DNA of 33,326 nt from a virus. Taxonomy: Duplodnaviria > Caudoviricetes. The stretch spans positions 1-33,326 of IMG/VR virus record IMGVR_UViG_3300025270_002291; one strand, 5' to 3'. Positions 1 through 7,351 of this stretch are shown in pieces. Numbering within the stretch: position 1 is the first letter of the stretch; every line of letters starts with the position of its first letter. A model generated the notes under the pieces. The model made no database searches, had not been told where the DNA came from, and worked only from the letters and a program-made list of their open reading frames with translations. The translations under genes were made by a program, and so were the position numbers.

Positions 1-267
1 CTGAATGTGGACAACGTTCAGCAGGCCATCGCCATTGGTTTTATCAAAGGCATTTTGGTGAGCAAGGATAAGTTGCCAATGGTGCTGTTTATTTTGTTTA
101 CAAGTTTTGGGTATTTCTTGCCATCAACGGTCTACGCCACACCAATTAGTCAATGGGGTGAAAGCAAACAACAGCCTGTTAATCGTAGTAAACAGCGGGG
201 GCGTGGTCGGCTGCAAGTCAGGTCGTCGGCGTCTATTCGGGGTGGTCATGGCAGGAGCCTTGATTAA
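1..267 (+). CDS. 5'-truncated LuxR-type HTH protein with a hydrophobic segment and basic tail
   Basis: Frame is open from base 1; LNVDNVQQAIAIGFIKGIL resembles the LuxR C-terminal KLxVxNRxQAVxxAxxxGLI pattern; followed by LPMVLFILFTSFGYFL. Confidence 0.5.
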   Translation: MNVDNVQQAIAIGFIKGILVSKDKLPMVLFILFTSFGYFLPSTVYATPISQWGESKQQPVNRSKQRGRGRLQVRSSASIRGGHGRSLD

Positions 268-422
268 TGAGTGAAAAAGAAGAGCCGAGTCTGGGTGAGT
301 TATTTTTTGGTGTGATCGGGTTGCTGTTAGTTGGTTGCTTTGCGCTGGTTGCGATATTTGCTTTGGCGATTCCTCTGGCGCTTCGAGAAGGGTTTTATTT
401 TTTATTTGGATGTAAACGCTAA
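267..422 (+). CDS. Small membrane protein, 51 aa (absent from the ORF track)
   Basis: MSEKEEPSLGELFFGVIGLLLVGCFALVAIFALAIPLALREGFYFLFGCKR; AGGAG RBS upstream; TAATG overlaps with both neighbours. Confidence 0.75.
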   Translation: MSEKEEPSLGELFFGVIGLLLVGCFALVAIFALAIPLALREGFYFLFGCKR

Positions 423-625
423 TGGCGAATGGTTATGGCACTCGGAATATGGGGCGGGGTACGTCGCGCTTTGCTGGTTCTAGGCAGGCAGATTATCAGT
501 TTTATTCTGGTGGCATGCCAATTCGGAAGCATTGCTTAGGGTGCGGTCAGCCGAAACGGTCTAATGAGTCCCATCCTAAGTGTTCGCGCAAGTTGCAGAA
601 GATGCGGGAGCGGGGGGAGCTGTGA
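422..625 (+). CDS. Hypothetical phage protein with CxxC...HxxC motif
   Basis: CLGC...HPKCSR; TAATG coupling to the upstream ORF. Confidence 0.7.
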   Translation: MANGYGTRNMGRGTSRFAGSRQADYQFYSGGMPIRKHCLGCGQPKRSNESHPKCSRKLQKMRERGEL

Positions 626-846
626 TTGTCAATATAGACTCTGATAACGCAACGATATTTATTCAAACTCCTGATGGCGTGACTCGGGTTATTGAGCCCT
701 TTCAATCGGTTGTTGGTCGGTTATGCCTGACGAGAACTAAACCATTCCCAAAAATTAAGCACGTTTTTATATCTTCTCCAGAGCAACAGAAAGCGTTTGA
801 GGTTATCCGGACTAAATGGATGAATGGCGGGGTGAGTTGTGATTGA
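622..846 (+). CDS. Hypothetical phage protein
   Basis: GTGA overlap with the upstream stop and GGGGAG RBS favour GTG 622 over the track start at 580. Confidence 0.6.
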   Translation: MIVNIDSDNATIFIQTPDGVTRVIEPFQSVVGRLCLTRTKPFPKIKHVFISSPEQQKAFEVIRTKWMNGGVSCD

Positions 847-876
847 CCTTAGCTCTGATATCAATCAGGTGATTAG

Positions 877-1737
877 ATGAAGTTTTCTATCCATGTCAAT
901 CAAAAGCAGGCGTTAGAGTTGGGTATTACGAATATCAACCAGGCGGTCATATTCGACTTGCTGACAGGGTTGTCTACTTGGGCTGCACCAGAGGTTATCG
1001 AAAATACGGTGTTTTATTGGGTGTCGCGTCAGCGAATCAGTCATGAGTTGCCTATTCTTGGTTTGAAGGCTGACACGATTTATCGGCATATAAAATCTCT
1101 GCATGAAGTGGGGTTAATTGAATACCGAAAAGTCGGTAAAAAAGATTGCATTCGGATCACTGAAAAAGGCAAAAGTTACTATGTCGGAAATAAATCCGAG
1201 TTTGCTGATTTTACTATGTCGGAAATGAATCCGAAAAATGACCAAAACTCGGAAATAAATCCGAATCACTATGTCGGAAATGAATCCGAAAAAAACTCGG
1301 ATTTAAATCCGACATATAAGACTACTATAAAACAGATCAGTCTAAATAATGATCAGTCTCCCGATGAGGAAGTGAATTTTTATATTCGACCTTCACTTTC
1401 TGAAATCCAACACTTTTGTCAGCAGCTAAACAGCAAAGTCGATCCCGTTGCCTTTTTCAATCACTACGAGTCATGTGAGTGGATGGTGTCAGGTCAACAT
1501 ATTGAGGATTGGCAAGCGGTGTTTAGAAAATGGACCGTCAATGCCAATGGGCAGGGTAAATCAGTCCAGGTGCCGTCAGCAATGCCAAAGGTGGATGAGG
1601 AGTTGCCGGGATGGGCAAGCAGACAGGGATTAAGAGGGCCGGCACCGGGAGAAACCTATCAGCAGTACAGACGGAGTTTGCAGGTGTTGTTTGATAAAAA
1701 AATGAAAGCAGGCAGGGGTAATACGGTCACGCATTGA
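877..1737 (+). CDS. Phage replication initiator (gpO analogue)
   Basis: N-terminal winged-HTH-like segment (DTIYRHIKSLHEVGLIEY); internal iterons; C-terminal FFNHYES..W..DWQAVFRKW motif; AGGTG RBS. Confidence 0.85.
   Translation: MKFSIHVNQKQALELGITNINQAVIFDLLTGLSTWAAPEVIENTVFYWVSRQRISHELPILGLKADTIYRHIKSLHEVGLIEYRKVGKKDCIRITEKGKSYYVGNKSEFADFTMSEMNPKNDQNSEINPNHYVGNESEKNSDLNPTYKTTIKQISLNNDQSPDEEVNFYIRPSLSEIQHFCQQLNSKVDPVAFFNHYESCEWMVSGQHIEDWQAVFRKWTVNANGQGKSVQVPSAMPKVDEELPGWASRQGLRGPAPGETYQQYRRSLQVLFDKKMKAGRGNTVTH
1184..1312. repeat. Replication origin: five 16-bp iterons TCGGA-N6-TCCGA
   Basis: Copies start at 1184, 1219, 1249, 1274 and 1297 inside the initiator gene, followed by AT-rich sequence. 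Confidence 0.85.
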
Positions 1738-1763
1738 GTGACTTAGTGTATCGGAGGTGAGTT

Positions 1764-2168
1764 ATGGCAACAGGGCATGAACAGACTTTAAAAATGATGG
1801 GTGCAGGGCAGCCAAAGGTGAATAAAGCAATTCGTCCGCCTGTTGGTTATGGTCCTATCGATAAACTGTTTGAGATGTTTAATAACCGCTGGCGTGATGA
1901 GTGGAAACGTAAATTTCCCAATCAAGAGGCGTGTAATTCTTTAGCCAGAGAGTGGCAGGTGAGCTTACGATGGTTTGACAAAGAGGTCATCCTTGAGGCT
2001 GGGGCTATCGCCGTCAAAAACTGCGTTGCACCGCCTGATTTGTTGTTGTTTTCGGACATGGTTAAGCAGGTGAAGAAAGACCGGAAGCCACCAACAGTGA
2101 CCAGAGAGTTTGGCAGAGAGGCATTGAAACGAATCAAGGACGGTGATTTTTCACTGGCTAAGCAATGA
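1764..2168 (+). CDS. Replication protein P-like (putative helicase loader)
   Basis: Directly follows the initiator; IDKLF..W..F..AREW..PP...F pattern resembles the lambda P N-terminal region; GGAGGTG RBS. Confidence 0.55.
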   Translation: MATGHEQTLKMMGAGQPKVNKAIRPPVGYGPIDKLFEMFNNRWRDEWKRKFPNQEACNSLAREWQVSLRWFDKEVILEAGAIAVKNCVAPPDLLLFSDMVKQVKKDRKPPTVTREFGREALKRIKDGDFSLAKQ

Positions 2169-2380
2169 GCAAGCAGGATGAACAAAATCACGCCAATTTG
2201 GGCTACAAAATGGATTTATTGGCTATCTCTGGCATCGGGTGTTCGTTGAATTATTCGGCGGGTGAGTATTTTGCTAAGGCTGAGCTGGTAAAGGTGCCTT
2301 GTGGCGTGGGTAAAACCGCCATCGCTGCAGTGACGGCTTTGTTTGTGAATTTGAGGGCGGGAGGGTTTATTGATGGGTAA
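2165..2380 (+). CDS. Hypothetical phage protein
   Basis: ATGA overlap with the upstream gene; overlaps the next start. Confidence 0.65.
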   Translation: MSKQDEQNHANLGYKMDLLAISGIGCSLNYSAGEYFAKAELVKVPCGVGKTAIAAVTALFVNLRAGGFIDG

Positions 2381-3020
2381 GAAAAAGAAAAAAACTTTTA
2401 TAAAGGTTAATACTTATCGGTTGCCTGAAATTGATATGGATAAGCTTAAAGCAGATATCAAGCCAAGTGGTATTCGGATTGGTTCCTGTCCTATTGAGGA
2501 TGTTAACTTTACGGTTTTTGATGATCAGTTTTATAGGAACGGTTTTTTTGATAAAAAAACACCTCTTGTTGAGCTTGTCATTATCCGTGGTTTACCTGGT
2601 AGCGGTAAAAGTACTCTAGCGAAAAAAGCCTTTCCCGATCATTTGCATTATGAGCCTGATCACCTTTTTTCAGATACCAATGGCCGGTATCTGTTTGATG
2701 CTCAGTTGTTTGATAAAGCGAAAGACTTTGTCTTGTCGATGACTGACTATGCACTTTCTCGTGGTGAGTCGGTAGTTGTTAGCGATGTATTTCCTAAGAT
2801 TGAAGAGCTAAAACCGTATGTTGATTTAGCGAATTATCATGATGTATCTATTCGCGTGATATATACCAATGCTGATTATGGCAATGTTCATCGTGTGCCG
2901 AAATATGTGCTTGATGACATGCTGAATGTGTTTGAAGCCAATGAGGTTCATGCTTATGAGCGTGTCGGCATAAAGGCTGAGTCAGTGTCCAGTGATGTTT
3001 ATTACTTGGTTGGTCAATAG
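2373..3020 (+). CDS. P-loop kinase/ATP-binding protein (AAA_33, polynucleotide-kinase-like)
   Basis: LVIIRGLPGSGKSTLAK Walker A, GESVVVSD and GNVHRVP motifs; GGAGGG RBS. Confidence 0.85.
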   Translation: MGKKKKKTFIKVNTYRLPEIDMDKLKADIKPSGIRIGSCPIEDVNFTVFDDQFYRNGFFDKKTPLVELVIIRGLPGSGKSTLAKKAFPDHLHYEPDHLFSDTNGRYLFDAQLFDKAKDFVLSMTDYALSRGESVVVSDVFPKIEELKPYVDLANYHDVSIRVIYTNADYGNVHRVPKYVLDDMLNVFEANEVHAYERVGIKAESVSSDVYYLVGQ

Positions 3021-3322
3021 TGGGTATGGCTAGCCATAGCAAGGAAATTGATTTTAGTACGGATAATCCGGTGCTAGATCGTGATGCCCTGCTGGATCGG
3101 GTGAGACGGCATTTTAAGCGTTCATCAAAATTACATATTTTTTTCACTGGCGCGAAAGTCAGAATCATACGAAACAATGATTACACAGCCTTGGATAAGG
3201 CGTATCAGGAAATCCCCGAAAAGTTATTAGGAGGCTTTGACCGTAATGAGCTTGGACAGCCAATCATCGAAAGACAAATCATCAGCGAAGTGGAAGAAGC
3301 AATACGGGAATGGTATGGGTGA
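3020..3322 (+). CDS. Hypothetical phage protein
   Basis: ORF coupled to both neighbours. Confidence 0.65.
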   Translation: MGMASHSKEIDFSTDNPVLDRDALLDRVRRHFKRSSKLHIFFTGAKVRIIRNNDYTALDKAYQEIPEKLLGGFDRNELGQPIIERQIISEVEEAIREWYG

Positions 3323-3665
3323 GAAAATGTATCTTGCCGAAATGTATTTGCGTGATTGGGGTAGGGCCATCATTGATAGTGAAATTAAAAAGCTTGGCCT
3401 GCCTGATATATCCTCTCATGAAAGATTGAATCATGTACGCGGTGGCAACGGGAATCAAGATCCCACGGAAATTGAAAACCGCATGGGTAAGTTCATGAAG
3501 GAAAGGTACGAAGGCGTTGAATGGAAAGTCTGTTCATGCTTGTTTGGTCCACGTATAGTGAAAAACCGTTATAAAGATATTTGCCAATCTACCGGATGGC
3601 GTGAAACGGAAGTCAGGAGGTTTGAGAACAGGGTGATTAAAGCTGTGGCTATGGAGGTGGTTTGA
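3315..3665 (+). CDS. Putative late antitermination protein (Q-like)
   Basis: YLRDWG near the N-terminus (Q-type LxxWG); C-terminal HTH-like YKDICQSTGWRETEVRRFENR; position at the end of the early region; start could be 3315 or 3327. Confidence 0.5.
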   Translation: MGEKMYLAEMYLRDWGRAIIDSEIKKLGLPDISSHERLNHVRGGNGNQDPTEIENRMGKFMKERYEGVEWKVCSCLFGPRIVKNRYKDICQSTGWRETEVRRFENRVIKAVAMEVV

Positions 3666-4039
3666 TGGTTGAAAGAATAAATCGTGAAGATACAAATAAA
3701 ATTATACAGATGCTAAAAAAGTATGACATTCACGAGTGGCAACAACTATTAGAATTGGTTGAAATAGCTAGACCACCAAATAATCAACCTAGTGATTCTG
3801 TAAATTGGTGTGCAGATGTATTATTTGATAGCAGTGGTGGATGGAAGGTTTCTATATTCTATGATTGTGGAGAGATAGATTCTATTGATATGTTCATAAC
3901 CCCAGATGGACAGAAGGTTGATTTTTGGGAATTGGATGATGAGCATCCGTGGAAAAAATGGTTAATAGCTTGGAGATGTGTTGGTGATCTGCATCGCTTA
4001 ACAGATATAACCTTAAAAGAACAACAAGCCAAGCAATAG
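3665..4039 (+). CDS. Hypothetical protein (AT-rich, Trp/Asp-rich)
   Basis: GGAGGTGG RBS, TGATG overlap; visibly more AT-rich than flanking early genes. Confidence 0.7.
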   Translation: MVERINREDTNKIIQMLKKYDIHEWQQLLELVEIARPPNNQPSDSVNWCADVLFDSSGGWKVSIFYDCGEIDSIDMFITPDGQKVDFWELDDEHPWKKWLIAWRCVGDLHRLTDITLKEQQAKQ

Positions 4040-4082
4040 TTTGGCCGAAACTAAGCACAATTAACAGTTAAAGTCAGTTTAA

Positions 4083-4125
4083 AAAACACCGAAGGCAACT
4101 TTGAATTAGTGAAAACACCGAAGGC
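4083..4125. repeat. 14-bp direct repeat AAAACACCGAAGGC x2
   Basis: Copies at 4083-4096 and 4112-4125. Confidence 0.8.
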
Positions 4126-4349
4126 GGTTTTCATTTTCCAGTGATTTTTTGAGTGGTTACTGGAAGTCGAGTGATTTTGGGTGATTTTTCTATAAAAACC
4201 ATATAAAACAGATAGTTATCAATCTTGCGGAAGCTAGGTATATCAACGGTTTCCGCCTATTCTTGCCGTCATTTATGGCAAAAATATCAATATTTAACAT
4301 CAATAAAAACAATAACTTATAAAAAAGTTGGTAATTATTTGTCTTTTTG

Positions 4350-4378
4350 TTGTCACGATTAAATAAACGTGACAGAAT
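4350..4378 (+). promoter_or_regulatory. Sigma70-like promoter overlapped by inverted repeat TGTCACG-N10-CGTGACA
   Basis: TTGTCA (4350-4355), 17 bp, CAGAAT (4373-4378); IR arms at 4351-4357 and 4368-4374. Confidence 0.7.
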
Positions 4379-4474
4379 GTAACCAACTGCTAGAGATTAG
4401 CAGCGGGATAAATCAAGGCGGCAACCTTGCTCTATCCCTAATCATTTCAATAACTTATATAGGAAGTTAATATC

Positions 4475-6283
4475 ATGACTACATCTAGTATATCAAAAGC
4501 AAAAAAAACATTATCTCCACAAGCGCAAGTAGCGAAACGTATTAGAGAGTATGCAAAATCGCTGGGTATTAAATGTCGGGCTAGTTCTTCATCATTTTCT
4601 ATGGGTGACTCTGTCTCGTGGTCAGTTGAAAATGTCGATCCTGAAACATTCCAAAAAATAGAATCGTTTGCTAATCAGCATCAATATGGACGCTTTGACA
4701 GCATGACTGATATGTATGAGCATACAAACAGTAGAAAAGATATACCACAAACAAAATATTGCTTTGGTAAAAATAACTTCACAGATGATTATTATCAAGC
4801 GGCATGGGACTTATTAAGAAATCGTTATTCTAACGGTAAAGATAAGCCGGAAAGTTTTGAAAAGGCTAAAAATATGTCTTTCTATGATGGTTCGTATTCA
4901 TGGGGCCATGATTGCATCAGTCATCAAGTGCATTTAATTCTCTCGGGTTCATGTCAGGAAAAAGAGTTATCGGAATTATTCTGGTCTACCAGAAAAGTGT
5001 CATCACCGGCTAAAGCAAAACCACAATTAAAACTGGTAAATAATGCTGATGCACATATCGAAGAGCATCAACACACAAAGCATAAGTTCACAATGTATAT
5101 AGTTATCTCTGACCGCGTAAGCCGCGATCGCTTTGATGAATTGCTGACAGAATGCAGAGCGTTAAATGGCTGGTATTCGAGAAAGTGGGGCACAACTCCG
5201 GGCGGGTTTGCCTTTAAGTCCGAGGCTTCAGCACAGCAATTTTTATCTGATCACTTTTCTGGTGATGCATCACCAGATAAAACAGAAGATAAAAAAGAGG
5301 TTAGCAATACAGCTGCACCAGCTGAGAATAAATCTAACTGCATTAAAACGGCTGAAAAGCTGAGAAAGCTTGCCGAAGGTTTGCAAAACACAATTAATGC
5401 TAAATTCGCCGACAGATTGACCAATACACCAAAACGAGTCGCACAAGCGATGCGTGCCCGGTTAGATGGTGAGCAGTTGCAAAGGGTGCAGACTGTCGCG
5501 CTAAGATTGGCGGATATGCACGAGGCAGGAGAAGTGCCTGAACTGTTAAAGCCCTTTACTACTAAAGCGGCCCTTATGCCGTTGATGTCCAGCAAAAAAG
5601 AACCGGTTGCTAATGGCTATCACACGTATCATGCTTGCACGGGTGAGCCAAGCAAAAACACACCAGAATCGGCGGCCTTGTGGGCGCTCTTAGGTGAGAA
5701 AAGCGAGAATGACATCAAAGCAGATGAGATACGGCAGGCGGTGCAGTCTGTGCAGTTTGTGAAAATACCAGGTTATTTCCCCACCCCTGATAAAGTGATT
5801 GATCTTATGCTGGATTATGCCAACTTAAGCAGTAATGATCGAGTGCTTGAGCCAAGCGCGGGCGGTGGTGCCATCTGTGACAGGATAAAAGAATACACGA
5901 CGAATATTGTCGCAATTGAGAAAAATACCAGTCTCGCGAATATTCTTGATTTAAAAGGGTTCAATCCTGAAAATATTAATTTCCTTGACCGTATGCCTGT
6001 CGGAAGTTTTGATAAGGTGTTAATGAATCCACCTTTTGAGAATTTGCAGGATATTGATCACGTTATGCATGCGTATAAATTCCTTAAGCATGGCGGGCGC
6101 TTAGTGGCTATCATGTCGCCTAGTGGCTTTTTTAGAAGTGATAAAAAGTCTGTTGGCTTTCGTGCGTGGCTTAGCCTGGTAGGTGGTGAGGTGATAGAGT
6201 TGCCAGAGGGATCATTCAAAGAGTCAGGAACAGGCGTTAATACAAATCTAGTCATCATTGATAAGCTTAGCGAGTATCACTAA
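4475..6283 (+). CDS. Polyvalent protein: LPD29-like N-terminus, central domains, C-terminal N6-adenine DNA methyltransferase
   Basis: SSFSMGDSV..YGRFDSMTDMYE (LPD29-like); GWYSRKWG..GGFAF; MTase motifs YFPTP, VLEPSAGGG, VLMNPPF, GGRLVAIM, LPEGSFKESGT. Confidence 0.85.
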   Translation: MTTSSISKAKKTLSPQAQVAKRIREYAKSLGIKCRASSSSFSMGDSVSWSVENVDPETFQKIESFANQHQYGRFDSMTDMYEHTNSRKDIPQTKYCFGKNNFTDDYYQAAWDLLRNRYSNGKDKPESFEKAKNMSFYDGSYSWGHDCISHQVHLILSGSCQEKELSELFWSTRKVSSPAKAKPQLKLVNNADAHIEEHQHTKHKFTMYIVISDRVSRDRFDELLTECRALNGWYSRKWGTTPGGFAFKSEASAQQFLSDHFSGDASPDKTEDKKEVSNTAAPAENKSNCIKTAEKLRKLAEGLQNTINAKFADRLTNTPKRVAQAMRARLDGEQLQRVQTVALRLADMHEAGEVPELLKPFTTKAALMPLMSSKKEPVANGYHTYHACTGEPSKNTPESAALWALLGEKSENDIKADEIRQAVQSVQFVKIPGYFPTPDKVIDLMLDYANLSSNDRVLEPSAGGGAICDRIKEYTTNIVAIEKNTSLANILDLKGFNPENINFLDRMPVGSFDKVLMNPPFENLQDIDHVMHAYKFLKHGGRLVAIMSPSGFFRSDKKSVGFRAWLSLVGGEVIELPEGSFKESGTGVNTNLVIIDKLSEYH

Positions 6284-6436
6284 ATGTCTATACATCAACA
6301 TCGCGTTTTATATGATAAGGTCTGCCCCGTTTGCGGGCAGCCCTTCAAAGGGTTTAAAAATAAAATTGTATGTTCCGATACATGCAGGCAAAGGAAAAGG
6401 CGAGCAGATCAAAAAAATAGTATTGATAAACTCTAA
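6284..6436 (+). CDS. 50-aa zinc-finger protein (CxxC...CSxxCR plus basic tail), absent from the ORF track
   Basis: MSIHQHRVLYDKVCPVCGQPFKGFKNKIVCSDTCRQRKRRADQKNSIDKL; ATG immediately follows the MTase stop. Confidence 0.8.
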   Translation: MSIHQHRVLYDKVCPVCGQPFKGFKNKIVCSDTCRQRKRRADQKNSIDKL

Positions 6437-6450
6437 AAATAGAGTATTAT
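6423..6450 (+). promoter_or_regulatory. Sigma70-like promoter with inverted repeat ACTCTA-AAAA-TAGAGT in the spacer
   Basis: TTGATA (6423-6428), 16 bp, TATTAT (6445-6450); IR at 6430-6445. Confidence 0.65.
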
Positions 6451-6508
6451 GGGGACCGTAGACGGCAATAATGCCGTCACCGGATTCCCCGCCGAGAATG
6501 GGAAGGAG
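6451..6508 (+). promoter_or_regulatory. Structured GC-rich 5' leader with RBS
   Basis: Hairpin GACGGCA-ATAA-TGCCGTC (6461-6478); TTCCCC (6485-6490) can pair with GGGGA (6451-6455) or GGGAA (6500-6504); AAGGAG at 6503-6508. Confidence 0.55.
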
Positions 6509-6516
6509 ATAGAAAA

Positions 6517-6750
6517 ATGATCACCAAATACGAAATTAAAAAAGCTACCAACACTGTAGAGTTAGAAAACCTACTTGAGAAGGCTGCATTTGATAGAAAT
6601 TGCGAACTCGATAGCTCAATGACCTATTCAGAAAACGCCGAGTTTTTACGCCAGGAAGCACCGAAATCTGGTAACGGAGAGCAGTCAATGCTTGAACTGG
6701 TTGAAATTTTGGAGGCCGCAGAAACACGCTGGTTTGAGTTGGAGGGTTAA
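6517..6750 (+). CDS. Small acidic hypothetical protein (anti-defence candidate)
   Basis: 77 aa, 17 D/E versus 8 K/R; strong RBS; first gene behind a dedicated promoter. Confidence 0.85.
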   Translation: MITKYEIKKATNTVELENLLEKAAFDRNCELDSSMTYSENAEFLRQEAPKSGNGEQSMLELVEILEAAETRWFELEG

Positions 6751-6752
6751 AG

Positions 6753-7004
6753 ATGAAGCTATCAGCAAAGTTAATGACAGAAGAGACTACTAACTTTATT
6801 AAGCCCTATATTACAGATGAATTATTCGTTGATTTCTGCAACCGAGAAGAAGAACTTTATTCAAAATGCATGGCAAACTCACTTGAAATTTATGAAGACT
6901 TAGAAAAAGCAATGAATCATCGAAAAGGATTGGTCGAAGAATACAATAAAAATGTTGTGGAGTACGTTCTGCGTAGAATTATTAAATTAGGTGAAAAATT
7001 CTGA
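6753..7004 (+). CDS. Small hypothetical protein
   Basis: 83 aa; GGAGGG RBS; 2 bp after the upstream stop. Confidence 0.8.
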   Translation: MKLSAKLMTEETTNFIKPYITDELFVDFCNREEELYSKCMANSLEIYEDLEKAMNHRKGLVEEYNKNVVEYVLRRIIKLGEKF

Positions 7005-7021
7005 AAAAACGCGAAAAGAAC

Positions 7022-7351
7022 TTGCGAAGATTAGTAAAGAGATTAATGGTGGTTTTAATAAAATACAAAGACTTGTCAATTCTTGTCGATGAAGATGCTG
7101 ATACCAGCATTGTTATTCGAACATTGCCAGATATTTTAAAGTTAAAAGCATATACAGATGCATGTTTTAGCGATATTGACAAGATGATGAATGTCAACGA
7201 TTCAGATGTAATATCTGCAAGAGATCTACGAGATAAATTAAAGTCATTCGTATTCAAAACTGGTGCAATTGGATACCCGTTTGATTTGCATGATGCAGAG
7301 CTTTTTGCGCTAGACAGAAAAATAGAATATACGATTTTGGAGCTTAAATAA
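7022..7351 (+). CDS. Hypothetical protein (start uncertain; possible frameshift from GTG 6991)
   Basis: Open frame with TAATG coupling to the next gene; weak start context. Confidence 0.6.
   Translation: MRRLVKRLMVVLIKYKDLSILVDEDADTSIVIRTLPDILKLKAYTDACFSDIDKMMNVNDSDVISARDLRDKLKSFVFKTGAIGYPFDLHDAELFALDRKIEYTILELK

Noticed and set aside
1184-1312. Palindromic repeats as a CRISPR array
   Set aside because: Gaps are 7-19 bp and partly repeated, and the repeats lie inside the initiator ORF; iterons explain them
4083-4125. Direct repeat as a mini CRISPR array
   Set aside because: Only two 14-bp copies with a 15-bp gap, too short for repeat/spacer, and no cas genes
6258-6461. Track ORF of 67 aa (MISLASITK...)
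   Set aside because: The overlapping frame 6284-6436 gives a clean Zn-finger protein coupled to the MTase stop; this ORF has a TTG start and runs through the promoter
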